Below, piece after piece: positions 1-12,620 of a stretch of 64,000 nucleotides of DNA. The notes beneath the pieces are model-generated. The model was not told the DNA's origin. It saw nothing but the letters and a program-made list of their open reading frames with translations, and ran no database searches. The stretch is from Callorhinchus milii (lineage: Eukaryota): assembly GCF_018977255.1 (NCBI RefSeq), contig NW_024704743.1, positions 27,840,001 to 27,904,000 on the forward strand, read 5' to 3'. A program made the translations under genes and the position numbers. Within the stretch, counting starts at the first letter, position 1; every line of letters starts with the position of its first letter.

Positions 1-79
1 CACCGCTGATAATCTGACAATGAAAATTAAAAAATAGTCGATTTTTAAAAAAAACCTTAGTATATATAATGAAAACATC

Positions 80-290
80 AGTTGCCTGATGTCTCAGTGG
101 GTAAAATGCACCATGTCGTGCTTTGTTGAGCCATTTAGAACTATACAAGTTCAAATTCAATCACTAGTCTGTGCTGGGTCAGATTATCTCAGACAGAAGG
201 GCAGAGAGGGCACAGCAATTGACATCATTGCTCTTGGCTATTGCAACCACCTGTGGAACAGTATGCAAATTTAAAGAGAGGGGAAAGTAA
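80..290 (+). mobile_element. Ancient degraded SINE-like repeat (family recurs at about 5770-5940, 26190-26270, 27520-27660, 31730-31870, 49920-50040, 51690-51766)
   Basis: Box-A-like start (GTCTCAGTGGGTAAA) and a recurring 'GTCTGTGCTGAGTTAGCTG'-like motif shared among several diverged copies in the window. Confidence 0.45.
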
Positions 291-1103
291 AAGGTAATCA
301 TTTCCCCTTTTAATTTTACTTTTAAGTTTCCTTCCTGTTTCTTTTGGCCTCTCTGACAATGCGGTACCTGGTTGAGAAGGTAGGCAGGTGACCCAGTCCA
401 AGATGTCTTTCTTTATCTCTCTTGATCAGGGCAGTCTAAAGTGCAAGAGGAGGGGAGGGCATGATTTGTTTTTTCAACCCTCATGCTGTGTGGATATGCC
501 CTCCTACTATTTTCCTTCCCCTCAACAGCACAGGCATGCAGGACATTGTGGGGCTGAATCCACATTCTCTCATTCCATTGGCATTGCAGTTTAGTGATCA
601 ATGATGCTGAGCCAGGGTGTTACTGTTTGCTTTAAAGGCATATCTTTCTTCAGCTCGTTTTATTTGTAGCAAAATGTGACCGTCGTTGAGATTGTGATTT
701 TTGTATCTGAAGATCAAAAAAAACGAACTCCTTAAAAATCCCAGAAACACACTAATCTGACAACAATCCATCTCTTGAAGGTTACGGGGTTTCCCCAGAG
801 AACAGTTCACCTTTAAGTCAGCTCACAAGATAGTTAGAAACAGACCCTCTTTTAGAAATGTTTCAATCGTACAGCCAATACATTTGTTCTTAAGAAGTTA
901 TATAAAGTGTAAGAATGGACCAACTGTTTTGCATAGTGAAACAAACTGTTCCTAGTTCCAGCAGCAAACATCTAGAAATTGTTGTTCAGAAGCAAAAGTA
1001 ACCTCATACCTCGTGAAGTTCCCATAACTTCAAATTAGCTTATTTATTCAAACGTAAGATAATAAATAAAACACATTTGTAGCGGCTCAGATTCAAAAAA
1101 TAA

Positions 1104-1497
1104 GAACATAAGAATTAGAAGCAGGAGTAGGCCATTCGGCCCCTCGAGCCTGCCCCGCCATTCAATAAGATCATGGCTGATCTTCTGACCTAACTCTAAT
1201 TACCTGCCCTATCCCCATATCCCTGAATCCCTCTATTTTTTAAAAAAATCTATCAGTCTCAGCCTTGAAGATGTTCAAGGACTGAGCATCTACAACCATC
1301 TGAGTGAAGAAATGTTTTCTCAACTCTGTTCTAAGAGGCTGACCCTTAATTTTAAGACTGTACTCTTTATTCTTCTGTACTCTCGAGAATACAGCCCTAG
1401 TTTATTCAGCCTATCCTCATAGGTCAGTCCCCTCATCCCAGGAACTAACTGAGTGAATCTACGCTGCACCCCCTCTAGGGCAAGTATGTCCTTTTTT
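1104..1497 (-). mobile_element. CR1-clade LINE 3' fragment
   Basis: AAGAACATAAGAA tail and GGCCATTCGGCCCCTCGAGCCTG (reverse of the CR1 3' stem-loop), followed by degraded RT C-terminal sequence. Confidence 0.85.
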
Positions 1498-1959
1498 AAA
1501 TAATTACATGTTAATGGACAAGACGGTGGGAGGGTCAGGTTAATTTTTAAATCTATTTCTTAACAATGCCTCCCCCTTGGATGTTTTACCAGGATCTAAA
1601 TCATGTTTATTGCTCTTTTGACCATTTTACAAGGTGACTTCCTCCTGAGTTGTTCACTGAGAGAAACCACTTTGTGTTTTGTGGAAGGTCAGGGAGTTGG
1701 GGCCAGGGTTCACGAGAAAGCAACAACAACAACAACAGAAAATCCGGAGCTGGAATTTTTCTTAAGGGAACATTTGCATTATCAACAGCATTTTCGTGCC
1801 CCTTCCTCCTACTTTTTAATGCCTGTTTCCTATTCCCTTGTCCAGAGGAGGCTGTAATCCTCTAGTTAGCATTCCAAGCTCACACAGCAGCTATTACTTG
1901 TTATAAAGTCTGGCTGAAATCGCATTACTGAAACCTGCTGCTTCTTGACTGAAACTCTT

Positions 1960-2300
1960 ACCCAGGTAATTTGAATGATATTTCAGCCATGACAAATGCA
2001 AATAGAAGGAAGCGGCTTAAATGCGCGAACGAGTCCAGTACGTTACTTTATTTCCCATTTCAAGAAGAAACACGGTGTAAACCTTTTATTTTGTGATGGA
2101 TTTGAATTTATGGCTGACCAGCGACATGTGTTGTACGAAAGCATGGGTTGGAACAGCTTCAATTCCTCCAATTGTGCCATCAATCTGAAAGAGCTTCCAG
2201 CCTCAAATATAAAATTGAAATGAATTTGCCATTTCATTAACTTGGGAGGAGCCAGGTCATTTACCGTGGCCTATCTGTAAATCACAGTGCAGCCCTTCAG
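1960..2300. promoter_or_regulatory. Candidate conserved non-coding enhancer
   Basis: Repeat-free block with ATGCAAAT (1996-2003), TGATGGAT (2094-2101), TTTATGG (2107-2113), CCATCAATC (2177-2185); conservation not tested. Confidence 0.4.
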
Positions 2301-2966
2301 AGGAAAACCCATGGTGGGTTTCAGCGATTGGAATGTTGAACCTTCGTGTCTGTGGTCTTTCTGAGCTGTGGCTGAGTGAGGATTTATACCCGGAAAAAAC
2401 TATTCATGACCTGGTGATTTAATGCGAACCATCCACTTTAATCAGCAAAGCTTGGCCTTTTGTGTCTTCACTGACAGTGGTGAAAAGTAGTGTTGAATTC
2501 AGGTTCAGTTCAGCTTTGTTGCAGTAACGTGGACACTATCATAAAGTTACATTGCTTTCCTTGCCCATCAGGCCTTCTTCATCCAAACCAATCTTGTGAC
2601 CATCGTAGCCATTTTCTTTTAACTTCATGTTTCGAATGTCTGGAACTTTTTTGTTGACTTATAATTTTAACATGTAAAACTATTTTAAATCTGCTGTCTA
2701 GCAAAGAAGCGTAAAATTGATGCTCCCTGCCTCTGAATTAAAGAAACCTCCTCCATGCTTGTTGTTTTAAATTGAGTAAGGATGTGAATATATTCCTCCT
2801 ACCTCAAACCATGGCCACTATTTGGACATTCAAAAGTCTTAGGGAGAAAGAAGAAGTTTGTTCCACATCTGTCAATAAGGACATTATTTAATCTTACTTT
2901 CTGTACTGTTTCTTGATTATTCCCAGCAATAATTAGGTAGCTGAATGTGGTTTGGAATAATACTTA

Positions 2967-3365
2967 GTGAAGTTCTGTTGTTTAGTGGTTAGAGCACTCG
3001 CCTCGCAAGGGAGAGCACCTAGGTTTGATTCCCAGCAAGGCGAAATGTTGGGCAAGTTTTCTTACTCCACATGCCTCTGTTTACCTAGCAGTAAGTAGGC
3101 AGCTGGTTGTTAGTCAATAAGCGGATCGCTGTTCCGGGGGTAATAATCCGGGGTTAATAATCCTTCCCAAAATAATAAAATAATAATAATTTGGTCACTC
3201 AATCGATGACTGTTTGTGGGACACTGCTGTGCGCAATTGGCTGCTGTGTTTCACCCTCAAAATATACAGCCAATTCTCTTCACAGTATATTCTGTGGAGC
3301 ACTTTGATACATCTAGACGATGTGATAAAGCACTATATCAAATGCAAGGAATATTATTATTATAA
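2967..3365 (+). mobile_element. tRNA(Ala)-derived SINE, long variant
   Basis: Box A/B head (TAGTGGTTAGAGC...GGTTTGATTCCC), central CTGTTTACCTAGCAGTAAGTAGG block, Deu-like GTGGGACACTGCTGTGCGCAATTGGCTGC, (TAT)n tail. Confidence 0.9.
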
Positions 3366-4493
3366 TACACTCCCTCCCTCAATTGTGCTTACTTTTAGAA
3401 GCATGTATTTATTAAATGTTACCACCCCAATCCCACACAGAAAAGCAAAACTTTGATCATTTTGTATTTATAATAATGATAATAATCTTTACATCTGGTA
3501 CAGCACCTTTCATGTCAGAAGGATGTCTCAAAGAGCTCACAAGATACAAATATAATACAAATTTACATTTATGCGACGCCTTTCATGTCAGGAGGATGTA
3601 CTATAAAGTGGAGTGACTGTGTATTTTGTGGGTGCATTTGCAAAATATTTCCACTGCAGCCTCTATCTGTCGTGACCTTCACCCCCATTGTTCGGAGCAG
3701 ACGGGGAGGTCCCCACCTGAAAGAGTTCCCCACTTCCTTGGCTGTCGCGCTTTTAGCTGCTTCAAGCAAACTCCATTCAAGTGTTGTTAATCTGTGCAGA
3801 AATCCTCTGATGTCATCGGACCTGAGATGAGGGGGTTTCCAACACTTTGCAAATCTGCTCGGAAGCTGTGTGTTTTGATCTGTTACGACAACAGGCTTTT
3901 CCATTGGTTGCATTGCTGGAGATTGCCAGGAGCCAGTAATGCGCTGGCTAGTGCCTCAGCTAACGGATGCAATTTTTTGGCCTAACTGATTCATGCTGTG
4001 CTGCTAATCCACGTTTTCTTTCTCAGTCTCCGACAGCTTCTGGGTCTTATGTCAATTAGGTCAGGGGAAGTGCAGACAACCTTCCGGATACGTTTGGTCG
4101 TGTGGTACTGGCAGAAAATAGGAAAGGCAAGTGGTCAGGCAGTTTATAAAACAAAATTGTAATTGATGTGTTGCTAATTGATCACAAATTCAATAATTGC
4201 AGAAATCACTTGGTGCTTTATGGCCATGATAAAATCCAGCACACACGAGGGCTCGGGCATAGAAATTTGAACCTGGCAGCAGGCTAGGTGTATTGGGGGG
4301 GGCCACGGTGTGAAAGAGACTAAGTCTGTCAAATTACTCAATAGTTTTTAGTTTGTTAGTTGGAACATAAAAATGCCACTGCTGTGCTGTTGGATATGAA
4401 ATGCCTTGTTGACTTTTTAATATTTAACTGTTTTCATTAAGCCTAATATAGAAATCTGCAGTGCCAGGCTCCATTAGCAGCACAATTTTTTGG

Positions 4494-4556
4494 TTTGCAA
4501 ATTCAGGTTACAAATCCTGTAGACGACATCCAGGATTTGTAACCTGGATTTGCAAA
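4494..4556. repeat. Near-perfect hairpin, 26-bp arms and 11-nt loop
   Basis: TTTGCAAATTCAGGTTACAAATCCTG (4494-4519) vs CAGGATTTGTAACCTGGATTTGCAAA (4531-4556), one mismatch. Confidence 0.9.
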
Positions 4557-5455
4557 AGATCGTCAGTGTCAAATCTCGCCAGTAATTGGACATCAGAGCG
4601 GAGTTCCCTTGGGTCAGTACAATGCATGTCTGCATACCAACAGGATTTAGCATTTAAGATCTTTCACGAATCCAAGTTCTGAATATTGTATTTTCAACCC
4701 CACCATGTATGAGCATGGTGAAACGTCTTCTACTAGGACTCTAAATTTGTCAAAACCATTGCCTTAAATTACCCATCATAAGTAGGTTGGCAGGCTTTCA
4801 GAGATGGTGGGGGTTCCATCCCATGTCATATGGTCTCTCCTTAAATCCACCATTGTATTTGATCCCATTGTTCAAACATTGTTCATGCAGAAACCTGCAG
4901 AGTAGCTTTCAGTTCATCCTGTATTGTAACAGACAGCTGGTGTAGGATTTGGCTGGAAAATGCAGTTCATTCTCTGTGATAATAATTTGTACTGCAAGAG
5001 ACTGAACCCATGTCTGCCATAGGCACTCCACTATTTGTATACTCCAGCGAAGAGGATCAAATGCAGCAGAATATTGAATTGAATTAATTAGCTGACAAAT
5101 TATTAAGAGTAGATTTCTTCATTCCCCTGAAATCAATCTTTTAGTCAACTGCTTGCCAATTTCTTAAATAAGAGTTCTTTTTGTTACTTATTTATGTTTC
5201 TTATTGCTGAATGACACAGCCTCTTGTTTAAAAATTCTATGACCATTCAGGAGACTCTTTTATAATTAAACTTTGTTGTGACAAACTCCTTTATTCTTCT
5301 CTGAAAGGCGATTCCATGAGCATCAACCATTGTGCTCAAATGTCAATTGTTCATATGTGAGCAGAGAAAGAGAGAACACTTGTGGATTACCCAGCAGTGA
5401 GGAGCCAATACCTGTCTTTATCAATTTCCCCACCTACACACTAACACTTTATCTC

Positions 5456-5766
5456 AATAATAATAACAATCCTTGTAGTTGATATAGCACTTTTCACGAC
5501 TTCTAGACGTCTCAAAGTGCATCACAGAATATGCTGTAAAGTGAATTGACTGTATATTTGTGGGCAAAACGCAGAAGCCAATTGCGCACAGCAGTGTCCC
5601 ACAAACAGTCATGGATTGAAAATGACCAATTTGTTATTGTTTTGGAAGGATTATTATTAGGCGTGTGGAGTAAGGAAACTTGCCCAAGATTTGCCCTGCC
5701 TGGAATTGAACCCAGGTATCTCGCTTGCAAGGTGAGTGCTCTAACCACTGAGCTACAGGACTCCAC
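5456..5766 (-). mobile_element. tRNA(Ala)-derived SINE, short variant, full length
   Basis: Reverse complement matches the 10207-10526 copy end to end. Confidence 0.92.
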
Positions 5767-8394
5767 GGAAGTGGTCAGGGGCAGCAAGCCTGATTTTTAT
5801 TCCTGTTGCCTTTCTACCTCTGTTACAAAGAGGCTAACTGCAGTGGTTTCTCCCCTGCATACTGAGTTATGATTAAGTAACTCAGCACAGAGTGGAAATG
5901 GAGTCTGGGTCTATAGACCAGCTTTCAGTTCAAAGCCACAATAACCAACCGATGTAGGCTTTGGCCCAAAAGTATGGTTTACCATTGAGCAGATCCGTCA
6001 TTGTTATAATAAAGTGAAACTTGTACAGTGCAAGAGACTGAGGCCATATTTTCCAATCCAGTTTCACTCCAGGCAGGTGAGGAGAGCCGTAACCAATGTT
6101 ATAGCAAATTGTTTGTTCTAGTATTCTGCCTGGCAATGTGTGAAATTCAAATCTTGACCAGCTGAACCAGTGAGAAGAACTGCCTGCGGGTGTAAGAGAC
6201 ATTTTTGGTTCGGATGGTCCCCCGGATACAAAAGTAAGATTTCTGTGATTCATCCGCATATCATTATTCAGACGTTGCTGTTTTCCAACATCGCATTGGG
6301 ATTTGTAGGACAAGTTCAAAGTTACATTTGAACTATTTTGTTTTGCACAAAGGCCATGTAAATTTTGCTCATTCATTATGAATAAGGTTTTTAAAGAACT
6401 GAAATTTTGGGTGAAAATAATTGTGGAAACTCTGGAAAATTGTCACCTCTGGATAAAGTGGAATGTGCCACAGGTGTAAACGGGCCGAATGGCCTCCTTC
6501 TATGCTGATTCTCTTATGGTTCATATTGCTGTTGCCGCCACTGTAATTGATTATGTTGACCTGTTCAGTGATATAAATTATTCAAATTAACGCAGGTTAA
6601 TATGGACCACATGTTATTGCTGATGTTATAAGAGTCTGGTGTAGATAGGGTCTGCTGTGTTGACTACATACCTGGGCAATTGACTTGAAGATTGATGTGT
6701 GTTGAGGATTCTTGAGAAGTTTTAAATTTTATAATAACGTTTCATAATTGCACTCACAGAAGTGGAAGCGCTGAACTGTTTCTGTGGCCAGACTGATGGG
6801 CTGCAGCCTTGCCTTTGCCTCGCTCCCAGTAACAGTGAGTTTAGGATTTAAAGTGAGGTTGCTCAGATCCCACCAGCCTTACGTCTGCTTCCTCGGACCT
6901 GAGTGTTCAGTGTTAGTTTCATCAGCTTGTGAAAGAAATTCTAAACCCATCTTTGAAACATCAATGCCAATTCAAATAAAGTTTATTTTACATGTTTGGA
7001 AAGTCTTTTTTTAAAACCAAAGCAATATTAAATTAGAAGGTGGTTGCATAGAAATAGATAAGCACTGAGGGAAAAAATACCAATGACATTCAGCTTGATT
7101 TGTAGCACCAGGCAATAGCACCAATACTTCAAGAAGAAAATAACCTAGACCTTAAATACCAAAAAAGTCAGGAAGAATGAGGAAAGGGTTACCTGAATTA
7201 AAGCCCTCTTCTGAGAGACAATATATGCCTTCCACAGACCCTGTCCTCCTGGTGTTTCTAAGGAAAGAGATATGCAGAGTGTCACACCCAGTTCAAAAAC
7301 AAGTTCTGGTCACTTGAGAGATTTGTGCTCCTGCTGGTAAAACCATCTGTTTATAGTGTATGCTCATTTTAGCAGCGGGAGGAGTAATAACAGTGGCTAA
7401 GAAACATGGTTACCACCAGCTAGACTTTTTTGCTCCATTCAATGTTGGCAATGGGGTGGTTTTACTAGCACACGACTCCTCTATATCTCTTAAAATCTGT
7501 GGGAGAGGGTGCAGAAAAAAAGAAAAAGTGGAATTTTTGAAAACCACAAGTTTCTTCTCTGAACCTTGTACTGCTGAGGAAAAGGCCCCATGTTGCTAAG
7601 TGCCCATAAACATCCTGCATTAATGTTACAGTAAAAAGCGCCTTGAGCATTAAGATGAGGCAGCCATGCTTGTGCCTGCAATTAACTTACTTCTCTTTTG
7701 ATGCCAGGATCTTTTCCACTGGCGGTAAAAGAAAGGCCAAAGTCAGGTCAGTTATCTCTGAACTGCCAACAAGCTCAAACCTTCTTTTTTAAATAGTGCA
7801 ATTTCTATTAGGAAGTGGGAGTTAAATGATCCTTTCCTGATAGATTCTGCAGCTGAGAGAGGGATTCATATTTCCTCCAGCGTGATAACTGGTTACTAAC
7901 AAACTCAAAGAGAAAGCTTTTTTTTATTCTGAGACATTATTTTCACCTGTTTCTGTGCAATATTTCTTATGATCAGCTGGATGCCTGCCACAGAAGACCA
8001 TCACCATGCATAAGAGTATCCAAACCAGATGGAGGAGAGTTGAAGAGTTCCACATGCTGCCTACTCATGAATTTTTTTATTTACAGAGGGATGTACCCTG
8101 CTTATCTTATTAGGTGTAGGTTGGCGAAAGCCAAGGCTTAGGGACCCCAGAATGTGTGTTGGGTATTGCTGGAATTTAACCAGCTGAAATTGCATACAAA
8201 TAACTTGCCATTGTGAGCACTTACACTGTCTGGCAAGCTTCCCACTGCTTGATAAGGTGGCATTCTGATTTACTGAGCTGGTCTGCGACTTTGGGATAAA
8301 GTTCAGTTGTCAACCACCTGTAATGCTGGATTCTGTTTGAGTACATTTGCTGATAAACTGAATGTTTTCACAACTGATTTTGAAGATTGTGTCA

Positions 8395-8988
8395 TTTTAT
8401 AACCTTTATAAAACACTTGTTAGGCCTCAGTTAGAGTACTGTGTTCAATTCTGGGCACCACACTTTAGGAAGGATGTCAAGGCATTGGAGAGGGTGCAAA
8501 GGAGATTTACCAGGATGGTACCAGGAATGAGGGACTTGAGTTATCAGGAGAGGCTGGAGAAGCTCGGATTATTCTCCTTGGGGCAGAGAAGGTTAAGCGG
8601 AGACTTAATAGAAGTTTTCAAAATTATGAAGGGATTTGATAGGGTGAACAAGGAGAAACTATTTCCCCTGGCGGGTGGGTCGGTAACCCGAGAGCACTGA
8701 TTTAAAAGAGTTGTTAAAAGAAACAGATGGGAGGTGAGGAGAAATCTTTTCACACAGCAAGTTGTTCGGATTTGGAAAGCATTGCCTGAAAGGGTGGTGG
8801 AAACTGATTCTATAACAACTTTTAAGAGAGAGTAGAGTAGATAATTATTTAGGGAGGACAAGTTTGCAGGGCTATGGGGAGAGAACGGGGGAGTGGGATT
8901 GAATTGGATAGCTCTTTTCAAAGAGCCGGCACAGACATGATGGACCGAATGGCCTCCTTCTGTGCTGTATAATTCTATGATTCTGTGA
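8395..8988 (+). mobile_element. CR1-clade LINE 3' end (ORF2 C-terminus + 3' UTR)
   Basis: Encodes LYKTLVRPQLEYCVQFWAPH...LERVQRRFTRM...RLEKLGLFSL; ends GAATGGCCTCCTTCTGTGCTGT and an ATTCTATG-type tail; premature stop at 8698. Confidence 0.95.
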
Positions 8989-9239
8989 TTTTTGTTTTCC
9001 ACCTGGTTTATCCATTTGTATACTCAAAGCTGTTCTAAGTTGGACTGTGTGGTGGATAATGCTTAACTGACGTTAAAGGACACGAGAAAGGTCAGATTAA
9101 TAATTCACTAAAGTTTCATTCAAAATACTTTTATTTATATAAAGTGATGGACGATGCATCAATTTTTAAAAAAAACTGAAAGGATCACAAAAACTGTGTC
9201 ACGTACATAGCTTTTTAAGAGCTGCGGAAACACACTCTT

Positions 9240-9343
9240 AATAATAATAATCCTTGCATTTGATCCAGCGCCGTATCACGCCTTTGAGATGTCTCAAAGC
9301 GCTTCAAAGAATATACTGTAAAGTGAGTTAACTGTATACTTTG
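9240..9343 (-). mobile_element. SINE 3' fragment
   Basis: (ATA)n ATCCTTGCATTTGAT tail shared with full copies. Confidence 0.85.
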
Positions 9344-10206
9344 ACTGGATTCAAGATTTTTCCAAATTTTTGCACGATCTTGAATTTTGAGACAAGGCCG
9401 TAAGGGTAAGAGCATAAGAAATATTGAGCCTCAGATGAATAGATTTTCACACCATTTTTACCAGGTCATGTTGCCTGGCACACACAGATCTATGAGGCTT
9501 ACAGTGCATTGGCTCTGTGTTTTGTGACACTCTTAAATGAACAATTGGGAGCTCTGCTCATCCGAGCATTTAGATTAGAAGGGAGCAGGGAAGGAGAATT
9601 TTTGTTACTTATCAAACCAGCCAGTTAGAATGGATCTCAGGGTATGTTTACTGTCATAGACTTCACGTAGTTAAGAGTTAAAATTCAGAAATTAGCCAAA
9701 TAATTAAATGTGATGCTTCAGAAATTAAGTTATGGTGAGTCAACGCCATTAAGGATTGACTTTCTGATAAGACATTGTCCTAATCAGGTAAAGGTTAGTC
9801 AGGCTAGTCCTGGCGTTTTATACTCTTCCCCTCCTTAGGAGCTCCCTGGTGCATATTACGGTTTATCAGGAGGTCCAACTGGCAAAACTCACAACTCACC
9901 CAATGAGGATAAGCAAGGTCAAAAGGCAATGTAAGTGCATAGCAAGGTCACCACTCATATCTCCTGACACCTGGGAACATATGGACAACATCATATTGAA
10001 GAGTAAATTTGAACTTTCATTTGCAATTTGCCGCACAGAACATTGGAACTCTCAAGCCACAAACTCTCAAGACATCCTAGGAACTCATGGAGGTACAGAT
10101 AGAAATTCACAAAGGCTTCAAGGAAAATAAAGTATGATGGAGGCATAGGCATCAATCATTCAATGATATCTGAGGAAGAGGCAGTATTGCTGAGGAAGAG
10201 GCAGTA

Positions 10207-10526
10207 GTGGAGTCCTGTAGCTCACTGGTTAGAGCACTCGCTTTGCAAGTGAGAGACCTGAGTTCAATTCCAGGCAGAGGGCGAAACCTTGGGCAAGTTT
10301 CCTTACTCCACACGCCTAATAATAATCCCTCCAAAACAAAAACTAATAATAAATTGGTCATTTTCAATCTACGACTGTTTGTGGGACATTGCTGTGCGCA
10401 ATTGGCTGCTGCGTTCGCCCACAAATATACAGTCAATTCACTTTACAGTGTGTTCTGTGAAGCGCTTTGGGACGTCCTCCCGACGTGAAAAGCGCTATAT
10501 CAAATGCAAGGATTATTTATTATTAT
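10207..10526 (+). mobile_element. tRNA(Ala)-derived SINE, short variant, full length, young
   Basis: GTGGAGTCCTGTAGCTCACTGGTTAGAGC head, anticodon arm with TGC, Deu-like body, L2-like tail, CpGs retained. Confidence 0.95.
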
Positions 10527-11629
10527 AGTATGCCACCATAACAATTAGAGAGATAGGTAATACCATAGATGTGAAGATCTGAAAAAAATCACATAAGCAC
10601 CAATTAACAGACAGCCACTGTATCATAGGCATAATACTGAAAGGCCATGGCACATGTTTGAAGATCAACTTTACTTAGATGACCACCATCAATCACAGAC
10701 AGCAAATAGTCCCAGATCCCACATGTTGAACTGGGCCATTTTAGAAGGCTGCTACTCTGCGTAGGAGAGGATTTTTTAAGGCAAAGGCTTTGGAGTAGTC
10801 AGGGCAGGTAAATCATTCTGCTCCAGTAGAGTACGCAACATGGGCCTTAGCAGCCAGAGCTTTCCCCAGAGCTTTCCTCTGTAAATTGTACGCTGGACTG
10901 TGTTATTGAGGGGGTTTGATCTATTTCACTTGGCAGCTGTTGAAACAAATGTCTGTGTATTATAGCTTTACATTCAAAAATACATAAATAGTAGCACTAT
11001 ACCAAAACAAAAGACACAGTCACTCCACTTTACAGTCCACCCTGTGAAGTGCTTTGGGATGATCTCCTGATGTGAACGGCATTAAACACAAATGCGAGGA
11101 TTATTATTATCAACATTTGGTATTCCTGCATAGCAAATTTATAATAGGAACCTCAACCACTCCACCCTCTCTAATGTAAAATACCTTTGCTGATTCCTGG
11201 CAGTTTGTTTCCTCAGATCTTGTAACAGAACCCAGAGCTTTGCTGATCCAACGCTTTGGAAGTTTCCATTCAATAGTGAAGCATTTAAGAGGCTTGATCA
11301 GTCCATGAATGGAGAAAGAAAAAGGGCGGTTTGAAATAATGTAACATTTTCAATCTCAAAGATGGTTTATTAAACTATTCTCATATATTTTTATTTTAGC
11401 AGCACATGACGACAATGTAAACACATTAAAAGTAGTCGTACACGTCTGGCAATGTTCGGCCAAGCATTGTGGCACAATGCCCTTCCCACACAGAACTCAG
11501 ATGCTGGTATTATTGTGGGATATGCTGTCTGACAATGTAGAGGTTCTGATATATTTTAAATTTGGTGGCTCTTGTCAAATTCCTGTTCGATATTCTTGTT
11601 TTTTTGACAATAGACAGTCTCCTTGTCAG

Positions 11630-11900
11630 TGTCTTGTGGAATCTGTCCATCAGATGAGACATTAAACTGAAGTCCCGTCTATCTGCTCAGGTGGATGTTA
11701 AAGATCCAGTGGGAATATTCGAAAAGAGAAGGGAGTTTCTCCCAGTGTCCGGGCCAATAATCCCCCAAATAAAACAGCCCAATCACCTCATGGCTGGTTG
11801 TGGGACATTGCTATGTTCAAATGTTACTTTACATTAAAATCCTGTGGTGCTTTTCAAGATGTCCTCCTGATGTGAAAGGTTCTATATCAAAAGCAGTGAT
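11630..11900 (+). mobile_element. SacSINE1/DeuSINE-like SINE, 5'-truncated
   Basis: GATGAGACATTAAACTGA...CAGGTGGATGTTAAAGATCC...GGGAGTTTCTCCCAGTGTCC Deu-domain-like sequence. Confidence 0.8.
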
Positions 11901-12108
11901 TACTGTTGTAACATTTAAGAGATGAATGCTTTGGTTAGAGGCTGAACACTGTTTAAACTAAGGTCATTAGACCTTCCTGAAACACAATGGTTCAGATATA
12001 ATTTTGCATAGACTACAAGGGAAATCAGGTGTCATGGAAACATTGCTCCGAGTCATCTAAAGTCATGCTTGACTAATTAATATTTTGGTAAGTAGGTGAA
12101 GGGGTTTA

Positions 12109-12620
12109 GTGTCAGCCTGGTTCAATTGATCACACTCGAATCTCTTGAGTTTGAAGATTGCAGTCAATTCACTTTACGGTATATTCTGTGAAGTGCTTTG
12201 AGATGTCTCGAAGACCTGATAAGCCACTATATCAAATGCAAGGATTATTATTATTATTATTATGTGTTCAAGTCCTACGTTGGGACTTTGAGTGCACAGT
12301 CTAGGTTGACACTCCAGTGCAATGCTGGGGGAGCATTGTATGTTGGATCAGACGTTAAACCAAGGCCTCAACTGCTTGCTTAGAAGGACGTTAAAGATTC
12401 TGTGGTGGTACTCAAAGAGCAAAAGGAGTTTTTCCCAGTTTCTTGTTCAACAATCCTCCAAATAACATTTGTCATTCACTTCGTGGTTGTGTGTGACATT
12501 GCTGTGCAGGTTGGCTGCTGTGCCTGCCTTCAAATACACAATGACTGCAGTAATTCCTGTGAAGTGTTTTGATAAATCTCAATGATGTGATAAATATGTA
12601 TATCAATGCAAAGTTTATTA
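12109..12620 (+). mobile_element. SacSINE1/DeuSINE-like SINE interrupted by a younger SINE 3' fragment (12161-12263)
   Basis: GTGTCAGCCTGGTTCAATTG head breaks at GAAGATTG and resumes at GTGTTCAAGTCC after a (TAT)n-tailed insert. Confidence 0.85.

Noticed and set aside
3569..3913. 114-aa minus ORF and overlapping plus ORFs
   Set aside because: No recognisable domain or consistent splice signals; start overlaps an L2/SINE tail
6162..6233. 72-nt symmetric exon candidate (AG...A|GTAAGA)
   Set aside because: Weak polypyrimidine tract, unrecognised peptide, and it cannot be joined in frame to the 4027-4126 candidate
8362..9002. ORFs 8362-8700 (+) and 8544-9002 (-) as host genes
   Set aside because: Both are the sense and antisense of a truncated CR1 fragment
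10171..10206. Repeat TGAGGAAGAGGCAGTA as the SINE target-site duplication
   Set aside because: Both copies lie 5' of the SINE, so it is a small tandem duplication; similar trivial duplications occur near 31800, 44965 and 50366
10207..10285. tRNA-Ala gene
   Set aside because: The tRNA-like region runs straight into SINE body and tail, lacks a proper acceptor stem, and recurs as an interspersed repeat
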